Source of the DNA: Macrostomum lignano
Lineage: Eukaryota
Assembly: GCA_002269645.1 (NCBI GenBank)
Contig: NIVC01003377.1
Location: 36,999-100,998 of the forward strand
Reading direction: 5' to 3'
Length of the DNA: 64,000 bases
Shown here in pieces: positions 52,445-64,000 of this stretch (positions are counted from its first letter, which is position 1; every line of letters starts with the position of its first letter). Under the pieces are notes generated by a model, which was not told where the DNA came from, ran no database searches, and saw nothing but the letters and a program-made list of their open reading frames with translations. The position numbers and the translations under genes were made by a program.

Positions 52445-55400
52445 TCAAGACACGGGCAAGTCGATGCGAGCGCTGCCGCTGCTGCCAGTCTCGGCTGAGG
52501 TGGCAGCGGCTACCGGAGCGCCGCATTCGGCATCTGCTGCGCCTCCAGGCATCTCCTCGGACTCCGCAGCCTCCATAGCTGCGGCATCGTCTTGTGCGGA
52601 GGTGTCGTCGGCGGCCTCTGCTCCGGCTTCGTCTCTGACAGCAGCTCGGAGGTCTGTCGGCCGGGTGGCGTCGTCCAGGTCTTCGGAGGCGGCCGTCAGG
52701 TTCAGCGCCGCCTCACCATCAGTCGGCGAAGTCGACGAGGCCTCGCCGTTCTCGTCATTCGAGCGAGCGTAGCGGCGACGCTTTGTTGCCGGAGGCGACC
52801 CGGCGAAGTCGCCGAAGCTGCCAGAGGACGCGGAGGCCATGAGCTGCTGCTGCAGCTCCGCCGGGTGAGACTGTGGGGCAGATTGGAGGCAGGCCTCTTG
52901 AGACACGGGTGATATCTTATGAGATTTCAGAGGGTGCGATCCTATGAGATTTCGGAGGATGAGATCTCATGAGATTTCGGAGGATGAGATCTCATGAGAC
53001 TTCGGAGGATGAGATCTCATGAGACTTCGGAGGGTGAGATCATATGAGTCCTCGGAGGGTGAGATCTCATGAGATTTCACAGGGTGAGATCCCAGGAGAC
53101 TTCAGAGGGTGAGATCTCATGAGATTTCACAGGGTGAGATCTCAGGAGACTTCGGAGGGTGAGATCTCAGGAGACTTCGGAGGGTGAGATCTCAGGAGAC
53201 TTCGGAGGGTGAGATCTCAGGAGACTTCGGAGGGTGAGATCTCAGGAAACTTCGGAGGGTGAGATCTCATGAGACTTCGGAGGATGAGATCTCAGGAGAC
53301 TTCGGAGGGTGAGATCTCAGGAGACTTCGGAGGGTGAGATCTCAGGAGACTTCGGAGGATGAGATCTCAGGAGACTTCGGAGGGTGAGATCTCAGGAGAC
53401 TTCGGAGGGTGAGATCTCAGGAGACTTTAGAACTCACCTGCTGCACGTGCCGCTGGAGCTGCAGCGAGTTGGGGCAGAGCAGGCCGCAGTGCGGGCAGGG
53501 GCACATGTCGGTGGACCGGCAGGACTGCTGCAGCATCTGCTGGTGCAGCTGCTGGAGCTGCTGCAGCTGCTGGCCGGAGGTGCCCGGCTCGGCAGCGGGC
53601 TCCAGGTCGGAGCGCGAGTCCGTGTCAGTGTTGGCCGGCGAACTGACGGAGCTGTCGGTGATGCCGTGCTTGTTGAGGCGGTGCACCCGCAGGAAGTACT
53701 TGTTGCACACCTCCTTGCCGCAGATGTCGCAGCGGATGCGCTGCTGGGCTGGCGACCCGCTTGACTGTTTGCCGGGATGCCCGGAGCCCGCAGCCGACGC
53801 GGCCGCTGACGCCGCTGCCGCTGCCGCTGCCGCCGCCGCTGCAGCCGCCGCTGTCGTTGTGGCGACCGCGGTTGTCGCTGGCAGCTGCGGCCACTTGCCT
53901 GCAGTTGTCGGTTGAGTGCGCGGAGGATGAGGCGAGGGGAGTCTGAGATCCCTACTTCTTCGCATCCTCTTTTCTCCCCTCTTCTTTTATTCTCTCTACT
54001 TCTCTCTTCTCTCTCAATTCCTCTCGTCTCCTCTCTCTACTCCTCTCGTCTCTTCGCTCTACTCCTCTCGTCTCCTCTCTCTACTCCTCTCGTCTTCTCT
54101 CTCTACTCCTCTCGTCTTCTCTCTCTACTCCTCGCGTCTCCTCTCTCTACTCCTCTAGTCTTCTCTCTCTACTCCTCTCGTCTCCTCTCTCTACTCCTCT
54201 AGTCGTCTCTCTCTACTCCTCTCGTCTCCTCTCTCTACTCCTCGCGTCTGCTCTCTCTACTCTTCTCTTCTCCTGTATCTACTTCCCTCCGTCTCCCCTC
54301 TCCCCATAATCCCAGGCTGATGAGCAGAGCTCGGAGATCAGCCAAGGCGGCATCTCGGATTTCCGGGGAGTCCGCAGAGCCGCATTTTGCGCTGCTGTTG
54401 TTTGGCACAAAAAATTCAGCCGAAAGAAGACAAAAGCGAAGCAGAAGAAGAGATTTGGGGGGGGGGGGGCTGTGGCAGACTTTTTATTAGTAGAAGGGGA
54501 TTGACTTTATTGACCGGCGGGCTGATCACCCCATGCGAGGGGAAACGTGAGACCCCCTTGAGCCGGGGCAAAGTAAGAAGAGAAAGAGGAAAAACTCAAC
54601 ATCTTTTAAAATGTTTCAGCACCGCTCCCGGGCCTCTTTGCCAACACTGATAAATTGAGAAAGGAGGGATTTCGCCTCCCCTCGCAGCCTCCCTTTTGTT
54701 CCCATCGGCCTCCCATCGGCCTTTCATCCCCTCTGTTTGCATCGCTGTTTCGCTCTCGGCGATCCCGGGTGCGCCTTTTTGTTCCCCCAGCCTCTGATCC
54801 TCATCTCGATTCGTAATTGAAGGCAAAAAAAGTATTAATTCCCCCTCCCATTCGGACTCGAGCTGCTCAGTGGGATAGAGTTTCATCGGGGGTTGGGGTG
54901 GCCAACTTTTCCCCTTCTCAAGCTTCTTCTTTCACTTCTAGATTTCTTATTCGACTCCGTCCCTAATCTGCGGGCATTGAGCAGTGCTCAGCCATTGTCC
55001 CCGTGCTCCGGTCTCGAATTCCGACTGCTGAGTCCGCTCGCTCGCAAGGCAGGGAGACACAACTAAAATTTATTAATCGGCCTTAAACTTACCCCCCCCA
55101 TTGACAGCGCAGGCTGCTCAGGCCGCTCCGAAGGGGCCCCGCTGCTCAGCCCGAAGCCCGAGCTCCACCTCCCCAGTTCTCGAAGCGGAGCCTCGCAGGT
55201 GGCGGCGGTCCCACCGGCTCAGTAGTTGGGGTTTGTGAAAAAAAGCAAAATTTTTTCTGATTTTCTCCAGCCCAACCAGCGGCAGAAGCTGGTGGCGCCG
55301 GAGATAAGGCGGCTTTAACTGCGCCGGGCCCACACAGCCAGGCAGATTCAGGGGCCGCGCGAGTTTAAATTTAAGCTTTCCAACCGCTCTGCCGCTCACT

Positions 55401-57809
55401 AGAATAAAATAACAATCATTGTCCGGGCACAGCCCGAGCAGCCCACCGAGACCGGCAGGTAGCAGAACTGGTGCCGGGGTGATCGGTGATTAATTCCTGC
55501 AGGGTTGAGGGAATACCCAGAATCCACCCGCCACCTCATCCTGCTGGCGGGGGGAGCCGCAAATGGCAAAAATAATGGCAGTAAAATCTGAAATGGCAGG
55601 CCTGGAAAACTTTCAGACCCCGGCTGGCGGCTCCCTTGGCGGATCAGAGGGAGGCTGGCAGTGGAGAGATGGGGCATTAATATTTTATGCCCCCGGAGAC
55701 ACGAAATTCTAACAGCAAAATAAATACATGCCAGGCCCGCAACCCGGTTTTATTAACAAAAATGCCAAAATATGGGGATGCGATGAGGACGCCAACCCGA
55801 CTGGCAGTTGCGCAACTCACCGCTGCCGCCATCCTGCTGGCCGGGCCGGCTGCCGCCAGCCTGCAGCTCCCTCGGGATGCCGTGCACCTTCTCCTTGTGC
55901 GTCTTCAGGAAGTACTTGTTGCACACCTCCTTGTGGCACACGTCGCAGATGACGCGGTCGGCCAGCTTGGCTGCCACCATGGAGGACTGGAAGGCGTCCA
56001 GGTGGTGCGCGCTGGCCAGGTGGTGCGGGTGGTGCGGCGCGCGGTCCATGGCGGGCATCGCCAGCCCCATCAGGTTGCCAAGCTCCGCAAAGTTCGAATG
56101 GTGCGCGGCCACGTGAACTCGAAACTCCACTGAGCTGCCGAAGCTCAGGGCGCAGCTTTGGCACTTGAACTCCTCCGGCTGCGGCTGCTGCTGAGACGCT
56201 GGCTTCTTGGAGCTCAGGTTGAGCACCTGCTCAGAGTCGGTCTCCAAGCTCTTCATCGGCTGCGGCTGCTGCTGCTGCTGCTGCTGCTGTTGCGGAGACT
56301 GCTGCTGCGGAGGCTGCTGCTGCTGCTGTGGAGGCGTCGAGGGCGGCAACGGGAGGCCGTCAACGGGCTTGAAGTCCTTCACGTTGTGCTGGTTGGCCAT
56401 GTGGGTCTTGAGGAAGTACTTTGAGCAGACATTCTTCTGGCAGATCGGGCAGTACGCATCCGAGTTCACGTCGGCCGCTGAGGCGGGCGGGGAGGCGGCG
56501 GGCGGCTTCGCTGAGGCGGGCGGAGATGCCGGGGCCGCCGATTGCGGAGGCGGGGGCTGCGGCAGCTGCTGGGCTGTGACTGCCAGCGCTTGCTGCGGCG
56601 TCGGCTGCGGAGTAGACGGAGTCGCCAATGTGGACTGCGGCTGAGCTGCCTGCGGCGACTGCTGCGGCGCCTGCGGAGCCTCCAGCTTGGCCATCATGGG
56701 GTAGGCGCCGGGGAGGAACGGCTGGGGGATGCCCGGCATGAGCGACATGGAGGGCAGAGCGGCGAACGGGTTGAACAGCAGAGTCTGGAAGGGGTTGAGG
56801 CAGTGCCCCATGGACAGCAGCGGGTTCGCCATGGGGTTCGCGGCGGCGGCCGCGGCGGCTGCAGCGGCCGGGTTAGCGGCCATGGCGGCGGCGGCCGAGA
56901 CGGCGGCCGTCGGGTGGTGCGGCGCCTCCGACTGCCCGCGCTTCCTGCCGTGCTGGTGGCCGTGCGACTGGTGGTGCCCGCCGCCCCCGCCAGCTCCGCC
57001 ATTGGCGCCGCCCGACTGCTGCTGGTCGGCAGCGGCGATGCCGTGCACGTCGGCCTTGTGCTTCTTCAAGTAGTACTTGTTGCAGAACAGCTTCTCGCAG
57101 TACTCGCAGTAGCTGTCCGGCTTGCCCTCGGCTGACACCTTCCCGTGCAGCGGCTGGTGATGCTTGTCCAGGCCGGAGTTCTTGTGGACTGCCGGCTTCT
57201 CCGACGGCAGCGGAGGCTGTGACTGCGGCGGCGGCTGCTGCGGCGGCTGCTGCGGCGGCGGAGGTGGCGGCGGCGGAGGTGGCAGGGGCAGCGGAGGCGG
57301 GAGCGGCAGCAGAGGCACCGCCTGCGGAGTTGACTGCTGCAGCGGCGGTGGCGGCGGCAGCGCCAGCGGGGTCGGCGGCGACCGGACCGACTGCTCATCT
57401 GCGGCGGCGTCGGGCGATGCGGCTTCGGACCGCTGGCCGGCAGAGCCGCCGTCAGCCGCCGTTCCGCTGCCGTCCTCGCCGCCGCTGACTCGGTTGGGCT
57501 TCGTCTGCTTCCGTCGTCCGGAGCCGCCGAACGCGGAGGAGTTCTGCGACATCGAAGAGCCGTTCATGCCGGCGTCGGGGGAGTCGCTCCGCTGCTGCTC
57601 CTGCGGCTGCTCGCCAGGTGCTGCGGATTTCTGCAGGCTTCGCTGCTTCTTCGAAGCGGCGGGTGCTGCGGCTGCGGTAGTCGGCGGCGCATGCGAGGAG
57701 GTCGCAGCTGCTGCAGCCGCCGCGGCTCCGAGAGGCGGGAAGCCGCCGCTAGCGAGGGCCGCTGTTGCCGCCTTGTACAGCTCGTGCTGCTGAGTCCACA
57801 GGCTGGCGG
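52445..57809 (-). CDS. Multi-C2H2 zinc-finger protein (Pro/Gln/Ala-rich), 5'-partial; exons 57809-55821, 53898-53438, 52870-52445
   Basis: Dispersed fingers CEYCEKLFCNKYYLKKHKADVH, CPICQKNVCSKYFLKTHMANQH, CQSC...HVAAHH, CDVCHKEVCNKYFLKTHKEKVH, CDICGKEVCNKYFLRVHRLNKH, CPHC...RHVQQ|SH. Frame is open from the CCCGCAG acceptor at 57810; intron phases 1,0 are consistent. Upstream exon not located. Confidence 0.85.
52915..53427. repeat. 25-bp minisatellite in zinc-finger gene intron (GAGATCTCAGGAGACTTCGGAGGGT)
   Basis: About 20 tandem copies. Confidence 0.96.
53990..54260. repeat. ~22-bp CT-rich tandem repeat in zinc-finger gene intron
   Basis: CTCTCTCTACTCCTCTCGT(C/T)T units. Confidence 0.85.
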
Positions 57810-57835
57810 CTGCGGGTGGATGGAGGAGAAAGGGT

Positions 57836-58195
57836 GTTACAATCTTCCACCTTGGCGCTACAATCTTCCACCTTGGCGCTACAATCTTCCACCTTGGCGC
57901 TACAATCTTCCACCTTGGCGCTACAATCTTTCAATCCACCTTGGCGCTACAATCTTCCACCTTGGCGCTACAATCTTCCACCTTGGCGCTACAATCTTTC
58001 AATCCACCTTGGCGCTACACTCTTCCACCTTGGCGCCACAATCTTCCACCTTGGCGCTACAATCTTCCACCTTGGCGCTACAGACTTCCACCTTGGCGCC
58101 ACAATCTTCCACCTTGGCGCTACAATCTTCCACCTTGGCGCTACAATCTTCCACCTTGGCGCTACACTCTTCCAACTTGGCGCCACAATCTTGAG
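57836..58195. repeat. 21-bp minisatellite (ACAATCTTCCACCTTGGCGCT)
   Basis: About 17 tandem copies next to the intron polypyrimidine tract. Confidence 0.95.
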
Positions 58196-59127
58196 CCTGA
58201 GGAACTCCCACAATCTTGAGCCTGAGGAACTCCCCATGGCGCAGACAGCCGGTCAGGCTCGCGGAGGCTGCAATTTGCCCCATCAAAGCGGCAGCCGCGC
58301 GGAGAAGATAAAAACTGAATCATAGTCGCAAACAGCCTCAGGGTGGAGAAACTTGGCGCCCTCGGGGGGGCCAGAGGGGGGAGGGTCTGGCGAGAGAAGC
58401 TGAGTCGAAGTGGGAAAACGGATCCTGGGATTTTCGGGATGGGGAAGGAAGGGTAAGACGGGTAAAATTCTCCCCAATTATTAAAAATGGGCTCAAATCT
58501 CTCGTTAAATTTCATGTGGCCTCAGCGGGGACTAATTACCCGGCCGCGCCACCAGCTCGGGCCCGAATCGATGGGAAGGGGAGGCCAAGTAAGCTGAGCC
58601 GCGCACCCAGATATGTGCATTATGCCCGGCATCATATATATTTATTACCAGCCTCCGCTGTCTCCCTCGCATTTTCCCCTTCATCAACTCCCCCCAGCTG
58701 CCCGCGACTTCTTTGCGTCCCTTGAAAAACTTCCCGGGTGATCACGTGACCCGGGATTGGCAGTCTCTGATGAGTCGAAGGATTGAAAAAATCCAGAACG
58801 AGGCGGACAAATTTTGGGATTTGAAATTCGAATGGGAAAATTTTTTAGCTGACCGGCCAAGGGTGAAAATGAGAAAATAAAAAAACACTTGTTTGCAAAA
58901 CAATGGACGTCTCATTACCCGGCCACCAAAACTCCAGCCCGAGGCTGCTCGCATGCGCCGGGCTCTCTAGAAATTGAAGGCGAGTTGAGCTGTGCAAACA
59001 TTTAGAAAAAACTCAACTGCTTTCTTTACTCGATCATTAAAACCCCCGGCCTCTCCGGCTGCTCAGGTGGATAGAGAGGAATGCCTGCCTGCCTGCCGCT
59101 TGCTCGATTGCCACTAAGTCTGAGCGC

Positions 59128-59577
59128 CTTGGCGCCATCAGCTCCCGCCTTGGCGCTATCATCAGCTCCCACCTTGGCGCCATCAGCTCCCACCTTGGCG
59201 CCATCATGAGCTCCCACCTTGGCGCTATCATCAGCTCCTACCTTGGCGCCATCATGAGCTCCCACCTTGGCGCCATCATCAGCTCCCACCTTGGCGCCAT
59301 CATGAGCTCCCACCTTGGCACCATCAGCTCCCACCTTGGCGCCATCAGCTCCCACCTTGGCACCATCAGCTCCCACCTTGGCGCCATCAGCTCCCACCTT
59401 GGCACCATCAGCTCCCACCTTGGCGCCATCAGCTCCCACCTTGGCACCATCAGCTCCCACCTTGGCGCCATCAGCTCCCACCTTGGCACCATCAGCTCCC
59501 ACCTTGGCGCCATCAGCTCCCACCTTGGCGCCATCAGCTCCCACCTTGGCGCCATCAGCTCCCACCTTGGCGCCATA
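59128..59577. repeat. 21/24-bp minisatellite (CATCAGCTCCCACCTTGGCGC)
   Basis: About 20 tandem copies. Confidence 0.95.
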
Positions 59578-62500
59578 ACCATAATCATGAGACTACGCCG
59601 GCATCACGCACCTGACAGGCTAGAGCTGTGAGAGGTGCTGCAGCCCAGTCTGACTCAGCAAAAGTTACCCTGGACTTGGCAATTGCAATTCAGCGCTAAA
59701 AACTGCAAACATTTTTTGAGAAAGTCACAACTCGCGTGTCCGCAGGGCCGCAGACTCAATAAAATATTAACAGTTTTTTGGAGTTGGGAGGCGAGTGAAA
59801 ACCGTTGGGAAACTATTAGAGGGCCGAGATTCTGTGAGATCATTGAAAATTCCCATCCAGTTTGACAAGGAGGCAGCGAACACCGGGAATGAGCAGCGGA
59901 GCATCAAATATTGATGCCGGCACTGATGGAGCGGACCGCATCCACGCAGCCCCAGCAGCCCCAGGGCCGCGGTGAGTAAATAATCTCTCATAAAGGATAA
60001 TTATGCCAAGACAATGAGACGCCTCGGATGCCTCCAAGGCAAGGAGGCGCTTATTTATTGCCCCAAGCTGCAGAAACAAAAAGTTTGTGGAAAAATAAAT
60101 GAGGACATTTTCTGTCAGCCTCCCCAGAAACTGTTTATCTAAAGCGCCACGCATCGAAGCAGAGCCTGCATTTGCTTCGGGGCGGATTGCAAAGGTAAGT
60201 TGAATTTTCCAGGGGAGGGGAAGGAGGTAAAAAAGGGGAAGAATTGGGGGAGGTTGGGGAGGCCCAGTGAGTTTTATATTCTGTTTGGGTCGCGGGGGAG
60301 GCGGCTTAACCTGCGGGCTTGAAGGCTGCTTGAAGGCAGCTGTGTTTACTTATAATTTATTTCAGTTGAAGAAAGTCAACTTTTTTTAAATTAGTCCCCG
60401 CGGCCGGCCCGCGCCGTCATTAAAATTTTTATGTCCACCAAAAACCTCATGAAATCCCAGGCTCCCGTTTTCCTCTCCCCCCTCTCTCTCCCTACCTCCC
60501 ACTCGCTGTTCCCCAGAAACTTTCACAACCAGCCTCTATGCTCGGATCCCCTTCTCCCCCCGGGGCGGGGGTCAGGGGGGATGCAGTTGCAGCGGCTGAT
60601 TTCTGGTTATTATTGCGCTGCTTCTGTTAAGAAGAAGTAGAAGAATGCCTTGGAAATGGGATCAGGGGGGAGGGTGGCCAGCGTGGGATTTTAGCTGGCA
60701 GAAGTCAAAGCGGAGTTTGCTGCAAATAAACAACAAAAAATTAATTTTTCTCGCAACCCGTACGAGGCTAAGCCAGAATCAGCTGATCAGGAGCGGCGAA
60801 GTCAGAAGCTGTCAGCCGAAACTCTGTCAGACAGCCGGTGCCAGTGAATGAGAGGGGAGAGCAGGCACAAGGTGGCAGGTTCCAGGTGGAATCAACTTCC
60901 CAAATCCGCACCTGCTGCATGATGAAGAAGTGTTTAATAACCCCAGGCTGCAGGTTAAAACCGAAACAAACAAATCGACCCGGGCGACCTGCCTTTGTTC
61001 AAATAATTAAATTGAAACTGTGAGGTGGAGTTGAACGAGCGGGTGAGCAAAGTGGGCTGTGGGTGGGGGGGTCGCGGCTGCAGCTCAGCGGCGGTAGTTG
61101 AGGCCATCTGTGACCAGCAGGTAGGGGAGTTCCAGTGTTTGCCTCTAGTCGCAGAAATTAAACACGAAAGCCCCAAAAATCGCTTGATTAATGAAGTCAG
61201 CGCGTTCAACAACTTTAAGGGCCAAAAACTTGCAGCTTTGTGGGGAGTTTTAAAGCTTATATGGGAAGGGAACTGAGAGGGGATCAGGGGCCTGTCTGAC
61301 TGTCCTGCCTCCAGCATTGTTGGTGCCGCTGTCAGGTTCTCAAGCTTAGACAATCGAACAACTTACAAAAGCTGTTGCAAGACTTTAGAAATGAAATCCG
61401 CCCCCCCCCACACGGTGAATCCCACAGACCTTCGGTGGGTCGCATAAAGCAAGTTTTATAGCTCTGCAATTGCAAGCCAAGAAGCAGAATTTGTCAGATT
61501 TGTTAAAGCAAAAAAGAGAATAATAATAAAAAAAGCTAAAAGCAGCAAAGTCAGCAAAGCAGGTGCGCCCGCTGGCTTGAATTAATCTGCCTTGGCGGAG
61601 GGTGGGCGGCCGCAGCTTTGCTTTGGCCGAGATTGCAAAGAAAAGCTCTCTGGCCCGCTTGTGAAGCAGAAGAATTCTCTTGCCGCAGAGAGGGGGAGTC
61701 CGCGGAATCCAATTGATTAAAACAAAAACCTGCAACAAGACTTGAAGGCACCCCCCCCAGTGCAGCAGCTCGAATCTCGAATATTCGGCCTTATCTCTAA
61801 CAGCGAATCTTCAACTTGGAATAAGAGAGGAGAGGATCGGATCCCAAGGAAGCCGGCAGACCAGGTGGGAGGAGAGCCGAAGGGTCCCGGGCAACTTTTG
61901 CTTTTTTGGGGCAAATTTTTATACGGCAGACGGGAGGGGAGGCGGGCGGCAGTGAGGGCGCAATAAGATGATGATGGAGGGGGGCGCAGCGGTTTGACAG
62001 AGTCTTATCTGCCGCTGTAAATCAGCCGTCAATTCCGCTTTCAAAAGCTGCAGCAACCGCCCGGATTCTTTAGTCATTTTTTCCGGCTTTTCTTCGCCCC
62101 AGAAACCGGCAGCTCGGAGCCGACGATGGGCCTCTCATGACGGATGGCACCTGCGGCGGCCGGCGGTGCCGAGAAACTTTTGACGGATCTCCGGCGGCCT
62201 GCTTTAAAATCTGCTTTAAAACTTCTTCTTCTTCCTCTTGTTTTTTAGTCTTCTGCTCTGCGCTGCTGGCGTGCAGGCAGCTTTGAATTTTCATTGCTGA
62301 GCAAATTTCCAAATCGTGTTTTTCTGCCTCTTTCGCGGCAATTCATTAAGCATTTATGAGCCCGCGGCTCTGACGGTGTTGCAATTATTCAGAGCCACCC
62401 GCAGAGACTCAGGAAATTCCGTCAGTGAGCCTTTCATAATGAGAGAATTCAGCAGACGGTGCAGGATGAGCGGCGGTTTGAAACTCAGAGCTGCTCAGAA

Positions 62501-63009
62501 CGGCTTAAGACTCATAAAGTCCTGTGAGCAGCCCCAGCTCACAATGCTTTAATATTATGAAACTCGCGTTTGCCAAAACCAACGGGCCAATTCTTATCAA
62601 GCCGGCTGCAAGAACCTTTGGGGCAGTGCGAAGGGTTGGGAAATTTTGGGAAATCATTTTTCGCCGACGGAAACACAATTCCTGCTGCTTTTTATTGTTT
62701 TTCTCCCCCCCCCCCAAGCCCTTCGCGTCCGCAAGTTGGCAAACCGGAGCAGCAGGTGAGTCGGGTGCTGGCGCCATTAATTTAAAGGGAAGAAAAAAGA
62801 AAATTAAAGAATGGGCTGTGGGAATTTTCCATTAGCAGAAATTCCTGAGAAATTGTTGAAAAAATTCTGAAGTTTTACTCTTAGAATTTGCTGCCTTTTT
62901 GAGACCTTGTTAGAAGAGGTTTTGCTGAAAAAGTTGCGCGTAATTGCGGTTGATGCTTAGGGAGCGGACTGGGTGTGAGGAGACTTGCTGGCGTGAAACC
63001 TGCGAAGGC

Positions 63010-64000
63010 TGTCGTCTGTCCGGTTGCCTGTTTACAGAAGCTGTCCTTTGCGGTTGCCTGTTTACAGAAGGCTGTCCCCTGTCCGGTTGCCTGTTTACAG
63101 AAGGCTGTTCCCTGTCGGTTGCCTGTTACAGAAGGCTCCCTGTCGGTTGCCTGTTACAGAAGGCTGTCCCTGTCCGGTTGCCTGTTTACAGAAGCTGTCC
63201 CTGTGCGGTTGCCTGTTTACAGAAGGCTGTCCCTGTCGGTTGCCTGTTACAGAAGGCTGTCCCCTTCCGCGTTGCCTGTTTACAGAAGGCTGCCGGCGGT
63301 TGCCTGTTTACAGAAGTGCGCCTGTGCGGTTGCCTGTTTACAGAAGGCTGTCCCCTGTGCGGTTGCCTGTACAGAAGGCTGTCCCCTGTGCGTTGCCTGT
63401 TTACAGAAGGCTGTCCCTGTCGGTGCTGTTTACAGAAGGCTGTCCCTGTGCGGTTGCCTGTTTACAGAAGGCTGTCCCTGTGCGGTTGCCTGTTTACAGA
63501 AGGCTGTCCCCTGTCGGTTGCCTGTTTACAGAGGCCTTCCCTGTGCGGTTGCCTGTTTACAGAAGCTGTCCCCTTCCGGTTGCCTGTTTACAGAAGCTGT
63601 CCCCTGCCGGTTGCCTGTTTACAGAAGGCTGTCCCCTGTGCGGTTGCCTGTTACAGAAGGCTGTCCCCTGTCCGGTTGCCTGTTTACAGAGGCTGTCCCC
63701 TGTGCGGTTGCCTGTTTACAGAAGGTGTCCCCTGTGCGGTTGCCTGTTTACAGAAGGCTGTCCCTGCGTTGCCTGTTTACAGAGGCGTCCCTGTCGGTTG
63801 CATGTTTACAGAAGGCATGTCCCTGTGTCGGTTGCCTGTTACAGAAGGCTGTCCCCTGTCGGTTGCCTGTTTACAGAAGGCTGTCCCCTGTCGGTTGCCT
63901 GTTTACAGAAGGCTGTCCCTGTGCGGTTGCCTGTTTACAGAAGGCTCCCCTGTGCGTTGCCTGTTTACAGAAGGCTTCCCCTGTGCGTTGCCTGTTTACA
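63010..64000. repeat. ~33-bp minisatellite running off the window (GCGGTTGCCTGTTTACAGAAGGCTGTCCCCTGT)
   Basis: About 30 copies with many single-base indels, possibly low-coverage consensus. Confidence 0.95.

Noticed and set aside
59026-59631. GADGAKV / SSHLGAI repeat proteins
   Set aside because: Translations of a 21-bp non-coding array, open in several frames simply because the unit lacks stops

Overview
Eukaryotic (invertebrate) genomic DNA, not prokaryotic: GC-rich, GT-AG spliced genes with nearly every intron filled by its own minisatellite, separated by AT-rich spacers. The style suggests a free-living flatworm such as Macrostomum, but this is inference only. Recognisable genes: WDR24 (5'-partial), a TAX1BP1/CALCOCO-type SKICH-coiled-coil-UBZ autophagy receptor, a solitary histone H4 with 3' stem-loop, a secreted WSC-domain protein, WDR55, SSU72, an orphan Pro/Gln-rich gene with a probable frameshift, and a multi-C2H2 zinc-finger gene. 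Mobile DNA: RTE, R2-clade and LOA/R1-type LINE fragments, a Lep1/Helentron-like element and a possible hAT-like fossil. The outstanding feature is an 8.94-kb near-perfect palindrome (13111-22052; two ~4.43-kb arms, 75-bp spacer) inserted in a CT-rich tract. It has ACTACT...AGTAGT termini, an apparent 6-bp target-site duplication (CTCCTC), and Y-shaped hairpin motifs of the same grammar near both outer ends and at the centre. It may be an integrated snap-back (self-complementary) linear DNA element. No rRNA, tRNA or CRISPR array was found. Exon coordinates were worked out by hand and homology calls rest on remembered family motifs, not database searches.
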